A DNA stretch of 64,000 nt from Octopus vulgaris. Lineage: Eukaryota. Below, piece after piece: positions 14,007-26,270 of the stretch. Below the pieces are notes generated by a model. The model was not told the origin of the DNA, did not search any database, and saw nothing but the letters and a program-made list of their open reading frames with translations. How positions within the stretch are numbered: position 1 is the first letter of the stretch; every line of letters begins with the position of its first letter. The DNA is taken from the NCBI GenBank assembly GCA_951406725.2, contig OX597822.1, positions 85,312,001 through 85,376,000 of the forward strand. Direction: 5' to 3'. Both the position numbers and the translations under genes were made by a program.

Positions 14007-14232
14007 TTGCTAGTTCTAGCTGGTGGGGTTGCTTGCCTCCCCTTTGCAAATATAAGGACATAGCAAATGTGTCAAAGCCGACAAGAAGCATCGATGCTTC
14101 CTAGGGCTATATAGCGGTGGTGTAATTCCCTCTACGGGACTGTCACGTTATGTTGACTTTATACAACCACTCTATCGCTCCACTACCGCTCATGTCTCGT
14201 TGAGACATTTAGAAATTCAATATTTCTAATAT

Positions 14233-14895
14233 GTTAGTTAGTTAGTTAGTTAGTTAGTTAATTTGGCTCAAAAGCAAATAGCAAGGCCATGTAGGGGGAC
14301 ATGGAGTTAAGTACAGGGTGGTGTTCATGTAAAGAGTTCAGGCCACTTGAGGTCCAGGGAGGCTTTGAACAAAGCGGTCGTCGGCATCTTCACCATCTCG
14401 TCTGGCAGCTTGTTCCACGGATCCGCAACCCGGACGGAGAAAGCTCCTCTCCTTCGATTGAGATGAAATCGTCGCAGGTAGAGCTTTTCGGAATGACCCC
14501 GCAGCCGACGCTCCGGAGCAGGAGTGAAGAACAGCTCTTTCGAGAGGTTACACTTCCCGCTTATGATGTTGTGGGCGAGAATGAGATCACCACGGCGGCG
14601 GCGTTTTTCAAGAGAATAAAGGTCGAGCGTCCTCAGCCTTTCTTCGTAGGACAAATTTTTGAGACCATGAACCATGCGGGTAGCCAGCCTCTGGACTCTT
14701 TCGAGATGCTGTATGTCTTTGAGGAGATAAGGAGAAGAGGCTTGAATCCCATACTCCAATATGGGTCTCACCAGCGTGACATAGAGTGGCAGGAATATGG
14801 CTGCTGTGAGCATTCCGAATGACCGTCGAATCAAAAACAGAATTCCGCGCGCTTTGTTGGCAGCATGGACGCACTGGGCCGAAGGCGAAAAGGAG

Positions 14896-14896
<1 letters not shown>
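14233..14896 (-). mobile_element. 5'-truncated CR1-group LINE (ORF2 C-terminus, 3' UTR and (TAAC)n tail)
   Basis: Open frame ...LYVTLVRPILEYG...LERVQRLATRMVHGLKNLSYEERLRTLDLYSLEKRRRRGDLI...RGHSEKL...FSVRVADPWNKLP. Tail at 14233-14260. Possible AATAT target duplication at 14228/14897. Confidence 0.92.
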
Positions 14897-14929
<33 letters not shown>

Positions 14930-15701
14930 TAAAAAAGAACGTTGTCTCGTAAGCCAAGTTAGACAAGCAGGCATTACTGCGATCCGATGAGCTGTAATGA
15001 ATATATACTGACAATCTCACTTTACTGAGAACTAATGACTGGAACGCTGCGATCTTTTAATGATACCTGCAAATTAAAAGTTGTTTTCCATCAATTATTA
15101 CCGTCACATCCACCTTCTGCCAAATACTTACTCTGTTCTCTGGTTTGTAGCCCCGGTCACTGTGCTCTTACTGGGAGGGTGCTGTCAGCGGCGGGGTCTG
15201 TTCAGCCCAGAACTTTTGGCGGGTAGAATGGCTATTCTCTGAAATGATAAATGGATAAACATAATACAAATACGGATGTAAGAGGAGATAATGTAAGAAA
15301 AATCTTTTTTCTAAGAAGGCAAGATGGCTGTCAAATGTTTTTCTACTTGCTCCGCATTTCCTGTCTCCAGTTGTTTCTCTCTTTACTTCGATTTCATTCG
15401 ATTGATTGGTTTAATATTGTCCACACTTAACACTTCCTTACACACAAAGACAACTTTCGCCTCACCTCAGACACCCACCACCATCCCCACATTTCCACCT
15501 ACATATTTTTAAACCTCTTTTCATAATTACTTCATCGCCATTCAATCTTCGAACATCTTTTCTCTTTTGTAAAAAAAAAGAACAAATCTTTCTATTTATT
15601 TATTTATTTATTTATTCTTCTCTTTCCAAATCAATCATTCACTCAATCGATCCACTTTGTTCTTTCTTTCTTCTTTTCCCCGATTACCACCCCTTTCACT
15701 C

Positions 15702-15763
<62 letters not shown>

Positions 15764-15914
15764 CCTTCCACTTATTTCTATCGACAGCCATTCTCTATCA
15801 ACACGAAGACATACATCATCACCATCAACATTATCATCAGCATCATCATCAGTAGAGGCGACACTAACGACAACAACAACAACAAAGACAGCAACCGTTA
15901 TTTATTGTGCTGCT

Positions 15915-16085
15915 TGTTAAATTAGCCGTTAAGATTGATTGGCGTGGAGAGACTGTCAATTGCTGCGATCCAACTAAATCGTTTGCCCGTCAGCCATTTT
16001 ATTCTCTGCTGCCGACATGATTGGCTGATTGATTTATCGATTGGTGTTGTCATTTTTTGTTTATCGCTAAGTTAAATCGAATGCT
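15915..16085. promoter_or_regulatory. Candidate enhancer: dense TALE/Hox/Onecut/CCAAT motif cluster
   Basis: GATTGATTGG, CTGTCA, TGATTGGCTGATTGATTTATCGATTGG and TGTCA in a unique island between microsatellites. Confidence 0.45.
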
Positions 16086-16436
16086 GCAAGGATGTGTGTG
16101 TGTGTCTTTTTGTAGGTGTGTGTGTTTATGTGTGTTTGTGGTGTGTATTTTTGTGTCTCTGAGTGCGTTTATATGTGTGTGATGTGTGTTTGTTTAATTG
16201 TTTGTGTGTTTGGGTGTGTTAGCGAGTGTGTATATATATACACACATACGCACACACATACACTTACACACTCATACACATGTCTACATATATATATATA
16301 TATATATGAGAGGTATTGGTATTCAGAAGACCCAAGGTGGCAGGTAAGGCTATGCAACTGCTATGGAAGGACCGTAGTTAAACTCTCGGTTTGATGATAC
16401 AACTGAGGAGTCTAATGCGGGTTTTGTGTGAGCATG

Positions 16437-16952
16437 TATATGTTAAATAAAGTGAGACAACAAAGCTAAGGCTGTGTGGAATTTTCAGGATATTTATAAA
16501 GAGAAAGTTAGTCTTACAGCTGTTTCTGGGATATTAGGGATATCCCTTCATCAGAGACGATGTGAGATGGTTATAAAGAAAAAAATAGTAGAGTTCAATA
16601 AAAGGAGTTATTTTTGAAAAGGACGGAAATAATAAGTATAAAGGGAAATAAGAGAATAGAAGCAAAACTTAAAATATATGTAGGATGTTACAGTTTCATT
16701 ATCCAAGGAAAGTGCTGTGTAGAAGTGGTAGAAATGCTTGTTGTCCATGGTATGTAAATTCCGATAGGAGTTCATATTTTGTCATTACAAATGGTAAGTG
16801 TGGAGAGGTAGATTCCATGTGCTGTTCATTGAAAAGGTTCTTGTGGCGAGAGTGAAATTTTGAGAATGTAGTGGTAATATTAAGTAGGTAGAGAGGAGAG
16901 AAAGGGTGTGTGTTAAAATGAGGAGACTGGTCAAAAGGAATAGGTGAGGAAA

Positions 16953-16989
<37 letters not shown>

Positions 16990-17394
16990 GGAAGAGAGAA
17001 TGAAAAAAAGAGTGTTAGTGGTCAAGGGGGATGGGAGAGGAGGAGGGGTGGAATAGAAAGAGATAAGAATGTAAGGAATTTATATGTGTGAGGTGTTGGA
17101 GGTGGGGTGATATGTTTGAAAGGCATTAAAGTGGAGGGATAAGTACAGAAAATGGTACAGGGTTGTGTTATTTCTATTCTCTTATTTTCTTTTATACTTC
17201 CTATATCCATCTTTTCCAAAATAACTCCTTATATTGAACTCTACTATTTCCCTCTAGTTAACCATCTCACATCGTCTCTGATGAAGGGATATACCTAATA
17301 TCCCCAAAACAGCTGTAAGACTAACTTTCTCTTTATAAATGTCCTGAAATTTCCACACACCTTTGGTTTTGTTGTCTCATTTTATTTAACATAC
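16437..17394. mobile_element. Fold-back Penelope-type element with HHR in ~220-bp inverted arms
   Basis: 16437-16660 is the reverse complement of ~17172-17394. Minus HHR 16511-16558: GUCU-CUGAUGA-A GGGAUAU cccua AUAUCCC A-GAAAC AGCU GUA^AGAC. The plus copy 17274-17321 has GAAA changed to AAAA. Confidence 0.75.
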
Positions 17395-17448
17395 ACACAC
17401 ACGCACACACACACACATACACATACACACACACGCACATACACACAC

Positions 17449-17523
<75 letters not shown>

Positions 17524-17538
17524 AAACAAACTTGATTC

Positions 17539-17984
17539 CCAGCCACAAGGTTCCGGGTTCAGTCCCCCTAGGTGGAAACTTGAGAAAGTGTCTTCTATAA
17601 CTCGGGACGACCAAAGCCTTGTGAGTTGAAACTGAAAGAAGCCCATCGTATATATATGTATGTGAGTGTTTGTGTCTGTGTTTGTTCCAGCATCACCATC
17701 ATCCCTTCACAGCCAATGCTGGTGTGTTCATATCTCCGAAACTTAGTGGTTCGGCAAAAGAGACCGATACAATAAGTACTAGGCTTACAAAGAATAAGTT
17801 CTGGGGCTGGTTACTTCGACTAAGCCCCTTTAAAATGGTACTAAAACGCGGCCGCAGTGAAATGACTGAAACAAGTAAAAGAATAAAAGAATATCTGGGT
17901 TCATTCCCACTGCGTGGCACCTTGGGCAAGTGTTTTCTACCATGGCCTTGGACCGACTAAGGATTTGGTAGAGGGAAGCCCGTC

Positions 17985-18027
<43 letters not shown>

Positions 18028-18229
18028 TATAGGTATTTGTGTCTCGGTGTTTGTCTTCCCACAGAGAAAGACAAACACTTGACACTAGTATTGGTATGTT
18101 TACGTCCCAGTAACTTAGCGGTTCAGCAAAAGAGACAGATAGAATAACTCCTGGAGTCAATTTGCTCGACTAAAAGCGTTACTCCAGCATGGCCACAGTC
18201 AAATGACTGAAACAAATAAAAGAATAAAA

Positions 18230-18235
<6 letters not shown>
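17539..18235 (+). mobile_element. Two tandem 5'-truncated SINE family A copies
   Basis: Same body and tail as 8868-9302. The second copy starts near 17896. Confidence 0.8.
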
Positions 18236-18278
<43 letters not shown>

Positions 18279-18307
18279 CATAATACATACATATATTTGT
18301 ATGTGGG

Positions 18308-18359
<52 letters not shown>

Positions 18360-18415
18360 AAATCGCTATTTACACTGTACACACTGAAACCTGAATTGAT
18401 GATATGCACATATAC

Positions 18416-18605
18416 TCTTAATGCGTTCAGGCAAATTCGAGCGCAAATATTCTTGTCGCTGTTTTGTGCACCACAGAAAAGTAATCCTTCCTTTTACGAC
18501 GCTGATGTCATCATAACACACTCGGCAAGGGATTCTGGGACGCCAGTGCTTCCACATGTGTCTCGTAACATATTTTGCGCTCGAATCTGCCTTAACTTAT
18601 TAAGA
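18416..18605. mobile_element. MITE-like element (~35-bp imperfect TIRs)
   Basis: tcttaatgcgttcaggcaaattcgagcgcaaa / tttgcgctcgaatctgccttaacttattaaga. Confidence 0.55.
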
Positions 18606-18830
18606 AAAAAATTTGCAAAACCATCACATCAGATGTCGCTGTTCCCAGTGTCAGTAATGATATTTATCGATTAGCTGATATAAGCACTGATCAGAAAAGT
18701 GTTGTTAGCTGAAATTATAAACAAAGCCAGTGGCTTGTTTAGGCTAAAATGTTCAGGTACTTCTGGCTGACGGTCCTGCTATCTGTTTGTATGTGTGTGT
18801 GTATGAGAGAGAGAGATACAAATAGAATAC

Positions 18831-18885
<55 letters not shown>

Positions 18886-19189
18886 CACGCACACACACAT
18901 ACACACATATGCACACACACAAACACACAAACACACATATGATATTTGATTTGGGGGTCGAAAATGCATCTGAGTCTTAAAACGAACTGTAGCTTTGAAT
19001 TTAGCTTTTTTTTCGACAAACTTACATATTCATTAAAGTACCATACCGGTTTCACAATTCTTTGTTTTTTAATGATAAAAAAATGTTTTTTTTTTGTTTT
19101 TTGTTGATAAATAAATAAAAAGTTTAAAAGAAATCAATGGTACAGGTGTTCTATGAGTTCAAATGTTCGATGTTTTGCATAATTCTTGG

Positions 19190-19440
19190 ATGATTTTGTC
19201 CGCTCTATTCCCTTTATTATTCCGTTATGTATTAAAGTGACCGGGAATTGTCTTTCGAGTAATATTTTTTCAACTTCTTGGAATCATTTCTCCCAGGTTA
19301 CGGGATTCGATACAATTGTACAGATTCCTCTTGCCAGCTTAAAAGGTATTTTGATTTCGTATACTTTGGTTGGCAGCAAGAAAGGCAGATATTGTTCTGA
19401 GTTTGTTTTTTTAAGTAGATGTCGGTCATGTTTATATACA
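19190..19440 (-). pseudogene. Penelope-like element reverse transcriptase fragment (C-terminal RT/thumb)
   Basis: Minus translation MTDIYLKKTNSEQYLPF..PKYTK / IPFKLARGICTIVSNPVTWEK*FQEVEKILLERQFPVTLIHNGI resembles the PLE TDIYYKPTD..YL...SCHP.HTK..IP..LARRICTI signature. Contains stops and frameshifts. Confidence 0.8.
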
Positions 19441-19668
19441 GATTATACTAAATTCCACCCAGATGGCATTGGCCAGCATGAAGCTGTGGTAGTAGAAGCA
19501 TGCCATGGTGCTGCCTATGGTGAGATCGTGTCTGATTGAGCTGGAGCAACAAGAAGTGAAGTGTCCTGCTCAGGAACACAACGCGCAGCCGGTCTAGGAA
19601 TTGAAACCACGATCTCACCATCGAGAGTGCAGTACGCCTAACAACTAGTCTACGCGCTTTCCCATAAT

Positions 19669-19746
<78 letters not shown>

Positions 19747-20832
19747 GCACTGCTTACACACACATAGACTACACACATACATATATACACACACACTACA
19801 CACGTACATATATATACACACAGACTACACACACACATACACACACACATCGCACAAAATCAATATACATATATATTAGGTGAACCAAAGTCTGTACTAA
19901 AGCTTTTTGAACTTATTATAATTCCAGGATTTCAGTCAACAGTTTGAAATGAAAATTCGTTCAGGTCACACGTGCTGCGCCAGGCGGTTGCAGATAAATT
20001 TAAATGTAACAATAATAGTTGTTGCATGTGTTTTTCCATGGCCGTCTCTATCGTCTCTATTGTCTGCCCTTTCGTCTTGATGGAAGAAAATTACTTGTGT
20101 TATAAAGACATACATACATATTTCTCTGTGTGTGCGTGTGTGTATGTGTGTGCGTGTGTGTGTGCGTGTGTGTGTGCGTGTGTGTGTGCGTGTGTGTGTA
20201 TGTGTGTGTGCGACTGAAAGAGGAAAATAATATTAGATGTTGGAGAGTTTATAGATTGTTCTTGTTCTTCTATTGGTTGTGTATGCTCTCTTTATATATA
20301 CTTTACATATACTCTCTCTGACTGGAGCTATCAAAGATATCTGTGCAGGATAACATCATTCCCTGCATGATAGAGCAATTACATCTCCTTTGAATCAAAA
20401 ACAATCTTCATCAAAAGAAGAACAAGTTGGACGATTTAGATATACAAAGACAATAGAATTTGGGAGAAAACAACAATCACAACAACTCTCTTTCTCAATG
20501 GATTATATATCGTATGTTGGTGTGTCTTTAGATAGATAGAGAGGAGAGCGAGAGAGATAGAGATGGACAGAGAGAGACAGAGACAGAGAGAGAGATAAGT
20601 ATGTGTATATATATATATATATTGATTGATTGATTGATTGATTGATTCAACATGCGAAACCGTTAATCCCAACACGGTTCTATTCTCTCAATTTTTTCTC
20701 AGATCCTTTTCTGTTGGAGAACGTAAGCTCGAAACCTCAAACACTTTTCCATTCTTCCCGTGCGTCAAACTAATATACCCACTTTTTGTTCCTTCACCTG
20801 TCGTTGTCTCTTGTCTTCTGTGCATTTGAACC

Positions 20833-20879
<47 letters not shown>

Positions 20880-20882
20880 TTG

Positions 20883-21012
20883 GATCAAAACAGTTTGATT
20901 CAAACACCTTGGTACTCCGAGTTTCAAAGCGTGGTCCAAATCTCCAGTGGCTGAAGATTAGCATCACGATTTGAAACTTAAACTACTTAAATTTGAATCA
21001 AACTGTTTTGAT
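20883..21012. mobile_element. Imperfect fold-back with HHR relic
   Basis: Palindrome centred near 20949. Arm consensus TGG-CTGAAGA-...-GAAAC TCGGA GTA^CCA. Confidence 0.45.
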
Positions 21013-21072
21013 TCATACATGTAACTCCTAATAAATGTGTTGAGTGCTCTTCTTTCGTTCGTCCACTCACTC

Positions 21073-21104
<32 letters not shown>

Positions 21105-24100
21105 TCGTTAACACTCGTTAACTTTAATCTTTTATCCTGACAATTCGTTGTTTTACAACATTGAAGAGTTACATCATCACTTTTCAAAATGAAATTCATG
21201 GTGTCTGATTATATTCTCCAGGTATTCTTCGCTAAAAGACTCATCAAATGTTGATTAGATTTAATATGAAACAGTGCAAAACGGACAAATTTGCCCAAAA
21301 ACATATTTTTACGCTTCGTTATAAGGAAATATATTTCAAGAAAACACTGTCGCAAAGTATTCAACATGGAAGTAACTTCCTAGGATCATTCATACTCAAT
21401 TTATAAGACACTTACGTGCTCCATGGGGTAGTGTATAACGAAGTTGTTTTTCCAGCAAGGTACTCGACAAATATTATTCTGTAAATGTTGAATTATTTGG
21501 AGTTGTTACATAAGTTGATGGCATGAAAGAAAAGACGGAAGAAGTTAGATGATGATATACGATATTATAGAAATATGTGCGATTCGATGTGATCTGACTT
21601 CGTTAGAAATCTCCTACCAAAGAACGATGTCTTGAGATCTGCTAGTGTTGTACAATAGTGACAGCTTTTAAGATGTAGGGGCTTCGTGAACGCCAGACAA
21701 TTACACAAACCGACAGAAGACCTTGAATGTCTAAAAACCCGGTGATTGTTTTGCGATATTAGCGTTGACTGGCATCGCTGAGAGGAAGAATGATACCTTA
21801 GGAAGTTATCGAAATCAAAGTGATCTCCAATCGACTGCAGACGAAGGGGTCCTCTCATAGTATCTTTTCGTATTACAGACAATTTTGCAGCTTCCCTGAC
21901 GGGATCTCATTTTTGTTGAGTTTGTTTTCGCTTTAGGATGTAATTCTTATTATATAGTGTATAATAGGTATTTAAAAATTCTAATCTTATACTTTATATT
22001 TAATTACTATTAAAATTTTTGGATTTTTACTTTGTCAAACAGAAAAAATCTCAACGTTCTGCTGGAACTTACTGAATGTTAGTACGAAGACTGGTGGTTA
22101 ACTGGGTAGAATTTGTTTGTGATCCTCATGTGATATGAAGGGAGGTAATAATTTTGTTTAAACTCTGATCAATACTTCATCTAATTTTAAATGAAATCAG
22201 TAAAATTTATTTGGTGGTCTATGAGTAATGCGATCGACCAACAAGCGATAGATGCGGGATTCAACTCAAGTGGAGGATTGAGTTCTTTTTTCTCTGGTAT
22301 TGGTTACACTTGTAACTCTTTTATATCAGGTTTTTTTCCGTATTTCAAGCTTTAATTGATAGTTCAAGCAATTTACAAACGCAAAGCTTTCAATCATCAA
22401 ACTATATCCCATCGTATTCTATTATCTGTTGCCTTCGTTGTGATAGAAGCTTAATTCCACGGTTATATCATTTGGATAGTTTAGAAGCAAAAAAACTCCC
22501 TGATCCCGTAAGCTCTAATGTAAGAGATAACGTTGAGGTGATACATTGTGTTGGTATGCAGTGGTGGTCATTTCTTCCTAAGTCAATTTCATCTAAAATG
22601 AAGGAGGTTTGGCTACTATTTTTAGCTAGCCGAGTGATCACATTCAGGGTCCACAACAGAGGTCTGGTGGTGATGGTGGTGGTGGAGGTAGTGGTGATGG
22701 TGGTGGCGGTGGTAACGGTAGCAGCGGCGGTGGTGCTGACGTCATTTTCTTGGTAGTGGTGTTGGTGGCGGTGATGATGATCAAATGTAGCCCTGCGGCG
22801 ATCATACCATCTTCTTAGGGGTATATAGGTCTGCGCTATCTAACCTGCCCTTTGTATAAAGGAAGATATATGGGGTTTAAGGGGGATTTAGATTCCTAGC
22901 CGATCGAGAAATCCCGTAAAGACTCCGTCTTTCTGTTGTGGCGTTGAGTGGCGACGGCCTGTGGTGGTGGCCGTGGTCAGACGCATTGTTGTGTTTGCTG
23001 TTGCTTTATTCGTAAATTGATTTTAAACAGACTTATGATCAAAGGCCTTCTAACCGTGCCCATCATGTCTTCTTTTCCTCTTTTCCTTTTTCCAGAACCA
23101 CATTAAACAAACGTGTCCTTTTCTAAGACGAAAGAGTGTATTCTTGAGGTAGATTGAGCTGTTACTTCTAGCAGGTCACGCGGAGCCTGATAGCTGAAGT
23201 GTGTCATCGTAGAGAGGCGGGGGGTGGAGTAGTGAGGTTGCATCGTGAGAAGTGGGTGGGGGAGGTGGGTGTAGGTCTGGAGTGGGTGGTGACGGTTTAT
23301 GGTGTTGGGTACCGGTGTTACATAGTTCGATGGAAATACAGGTGGCTGACTCTCACGGCTCTTACAACCCCCACTCCCCGCCTCCCTCTCACACACACAC
23401 AGTCGGAGAGACTCTATTACTTGACAATAACCACTAGGACGACACTGCCACCACCACCACCACCACCACCACCACCACCACTACTACCACCACCACCACC
23501 ACTACTACTACTAATACTACTATTACGGTGCAGTTCCCGAACAAAGGCTGTGGGCGAGAAAGAGAGGAAGGGAGAGAGGTGGTCATGTAACACTGGACAT
23601 TGTTTGGTTGTGGTGGTAGTAGTGATTGTAGTGGTGGTGGCGGTGATGGTGAGAGTAGTGGAACTGGTAGTGGTATAGGTGCCAGTAGTTGTAGTGGTGG
23701 CGTTTAAGGCGGTGGTAGTGGAGGTTGATGGTATAGATGGTGTTTGTGGTGGTGGGGATGGCGAAGGTTATATTTGTGACAGTGGTGGTGGTGGTGGTGG
23801 TCGGCTGGTGTTGATCCTGATTATAGTAAATGTTATTTGGTAATGTTGGCGGCGGCGTTGATGTTGTTATTGTTGTTCTTGTTGTTTAATGCTACTTCAA
23901 CTTTGTGCTGAACTGCGATCAAAGACATTCTAGTGGTGACCGTCCCGTCTGTTTCCGGTATACTGTTAACCAGGGATCACATTATCTCGTGTTCGTTTTT
24001 AAGTCGAGGAAGGAGGCATCGCTACTATTTTTAGCTACTCGAGTGATCAGTTTCAGGGTCTACATACATGGTGGTGGTTGTGATGGTGATGCCGGCGGTG

Positions 24101-24689
24101 GTGTAGTGGTGGCGCCGGCGGTGGTGGTGATAGTGATGACAGACCTCAATGGCGTCGCGTTTCTTGGTTGTCTGGTTGGATAACAGAGCTTCATAGTTGT
24201 CCAAGATGTGTTGTGCCTGTCGCTGTCTGTGTGTTTGTGTGCATGTCACTTAGTGTCTTCGGGGCTTATCCAGTCGAAGGTGTTTCTTCTCCAAGAGCAG
24301 CTGTAACAGGTCCCATGTTCAGATATCAGGGTGTTGTTGCTGGGTGATGTTTGGATGATGATGACAACGACGTCAATGATGACGGTAACGAAGATGACGA
24401 TGAGAAGGAAAAGGTGGTGGAGAAATCCAATGTTCATAGAAGGAATTACAAACAGAAGAAATGACAGACAAGTAGTGATGGGAGCTTGTGGTGCCATTGA
24501 AATTACCATGTCAGTGGGTTGCGGTGATGAGGGTTAAAACTGATGGCCAGAACAAACCCACAAGGACCGGTTTTTCATTAACGCTAACCAATGTCCATTA
24601 AACCATTCTATACAAAGCGTTGATCCTTCTACCAATTCGCCATTATTTATAATTTTGGCTAAATCTCTAAAATAAAATTAGTTAAATAC

Positions 24690-24880
24690 TGGTTTCAAAT
24701 TTTGACACAATGCCAGAAACAGATTACATCGACCCCAGTGCGTAACTGGTACTTATTTTAACGCGCCTATGGAGGAAGAGTAAAGTCGACCTCGGCAGAA
24801 TTTGCACTTAGAACGTAAAGACGGACGAAATTCTGTAAAGCATATTGCCCGGCGCGCTAACGATTCTGCCAGCACGCCAC
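24690..24880 (-). mobile_element. SINE family B
   Basis: Reverse-complement match to the 59717 family. Confidence 0.75.
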
Positions 24881-24949
24881 TTTTAACTGTCAATTAAAAT
24901 ATATTAATATATCTTTAAGCATTGAAATATATTTAGTTTACCTTCTTCC

Positions 24950-25111
24950 TCAAGAGATCCTGTGTGTCACCTCTCCTACCCTGATGTAATCTCCAGGGAT
25001 ACAGGCATCCAGCGACAGGACCTCCGTAATGCTATGATGAACCATGAAGTCTAGCGTAACATAGTAAATTCCATTGTCTCGACCATGGTCGAACAATGAT
25101 GATGATGATGT
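24950..25111 (+). mobile_element. RTE-type LINE 3' end
   Basis: Reads SYPDVISRDTGIQRQDLRNAMMNHEV*RNIVNSIVSTMVEQ* followed by a (GAT)n tail. Confidence 0.6.
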
Positions 25112-25352
25112 GTCACCGACTGAATAGGACATAGCTGTATATGAGAGAGCGAGAGAACAGCAAGAGCCACGAACCACCGCGGAGGTTTGTATGTGGTGGC
25201 TGATGTATTCTAAATAGTAGTTAAGTCTCCCTTAAATCACACCCTATCAGATGCGGTAACCTAAATATACTAGGCCTGAAAATGGTCAGAATAACTACGG
25301 ATCAAATGCCTTTGGTCACAGATGTGCAAGATTAGGAATATATATATATATA

Positions 25353-25715
25353 TAGTCATCCCATAAATAATGCGGTATTTTATACTTTTATTTTTCAAAA
25401 TTAAGATAAACAAAGTGCTTTTTAAATCTAAAATATACTCTCCTTCATTTTCTGCAATGCTCTTCCATCTAATTTGCAGACTTGCAAGGCCCCGCTTCCA
25501 AAATTCACTTGTTTGTGACGAAAAAAAATACTCCTCCAGTACTGTTCTGAGCTGTCTACAGAATTCTTATTGTTTCCATCCAAATGATTTTGAAGACTGC
25601 GGAATAAATGATAATCAGATGGGACAATGTCCAGCGAATATGGTGGGTGGGACATCATTTCCCATTCAAACTGCTCCAGCCTTTGGAATGTCATCCTCGC
25701 CGTTCCATAGTTGCA
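25353..25715 (-). mobile_element. Mariner 3' fragment
   Basis: HPPYSLDIVPSDYHLFRSLQNHLDG motif and a TIR-like end gtcatcccataaataatgcgg next to a TA run. Confidence 0.85.
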
Positions 25716-25719
25716 TTTA

Positions 25720-26270
25720 GGACATTGTGAGAGCCAAACTACAATTAGATTGTCTTTTCTCTACTCGGTCTTCCGGGTCAGTTGCTTAAGAATAATTATG
25801 TGAAGCCTTAGATGTTATCCTTGTGGATAGATGCATCAATATATTTATTCCTGGCCTTGTAAGTCACTCCTTTTTAACTACAGCTAAGATCTTGTCTTCA
25901 ACATCCATGATAGGATTGGTTCAAAACTGGATTAGTTTCAGAGGAATCTGCCTCCTTTAGTATGAAAAATACATCAGTGCTTTTTCAGAATAATAAAATG
26001 AGCCTTTTATCCATGCCTTCCGCAAAAGTTTCCGTAATATGAGACGTAGCGTTGGACATCACAGTATTAAAATCTTGTTCGGCAGTTGTTGTTTTGCAGA
26101 CTTGCGAATGAGCAATAAGAATGCTTGTCTTCGTAAAATATCAAAGTGGAATTCTTGATGGTACTCTTCCACACCTTCATTAAATTTGACCAGACTCGTA
26201 GGCCTTGATTCTCCCATCAGAGTTTTGGTAAGGAAAGCGTTTTCCAAAGTGTCCTTTCTTTAAGATTCCA
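25720..26270 (-). pseudogene. Degenerate HERO/R2-group non-LTR RT fragment
   Basis: Minus segments CPTLRLILRKLLRKAW, FILKEADSSE, IMDVEDKILAVV and ARNKYIDASIHK resemble the HERO RT motifs CP..L..LW.L...W, IPKE.NS, LLNVEGKIFF and NNYIDTSVQK. Confidence 0.6.

Larger units (their letters stand above)
13491..14230. mobile_element. Retrozyme-like element A: inverted pair of circularly permuted ~340/355-nt HHR monomers
   Basis: Left arm 13491-13863 restarts its own first 33 nt at 13831 (period 340). Right arm 13862-14230 is the reverse complement with period 355. Each arm has an HHR. No coding capacity. (TA)n on the left. Confidence 0.8.

Noticed and set aside
13491-14230. Interpretation as CRISPR array or DNA-transposon MITE
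   Set aside because: No repeat-spacer periodicity. Arms are permuted monomers with different ends and an HHR, not fixed TIRs.
21540-21900. Possible Penelope N-terminal region on the minus strand
   Set aside because: Similarity limited to a few residues (ESHIF..HHL). Needs a BLASTx search.
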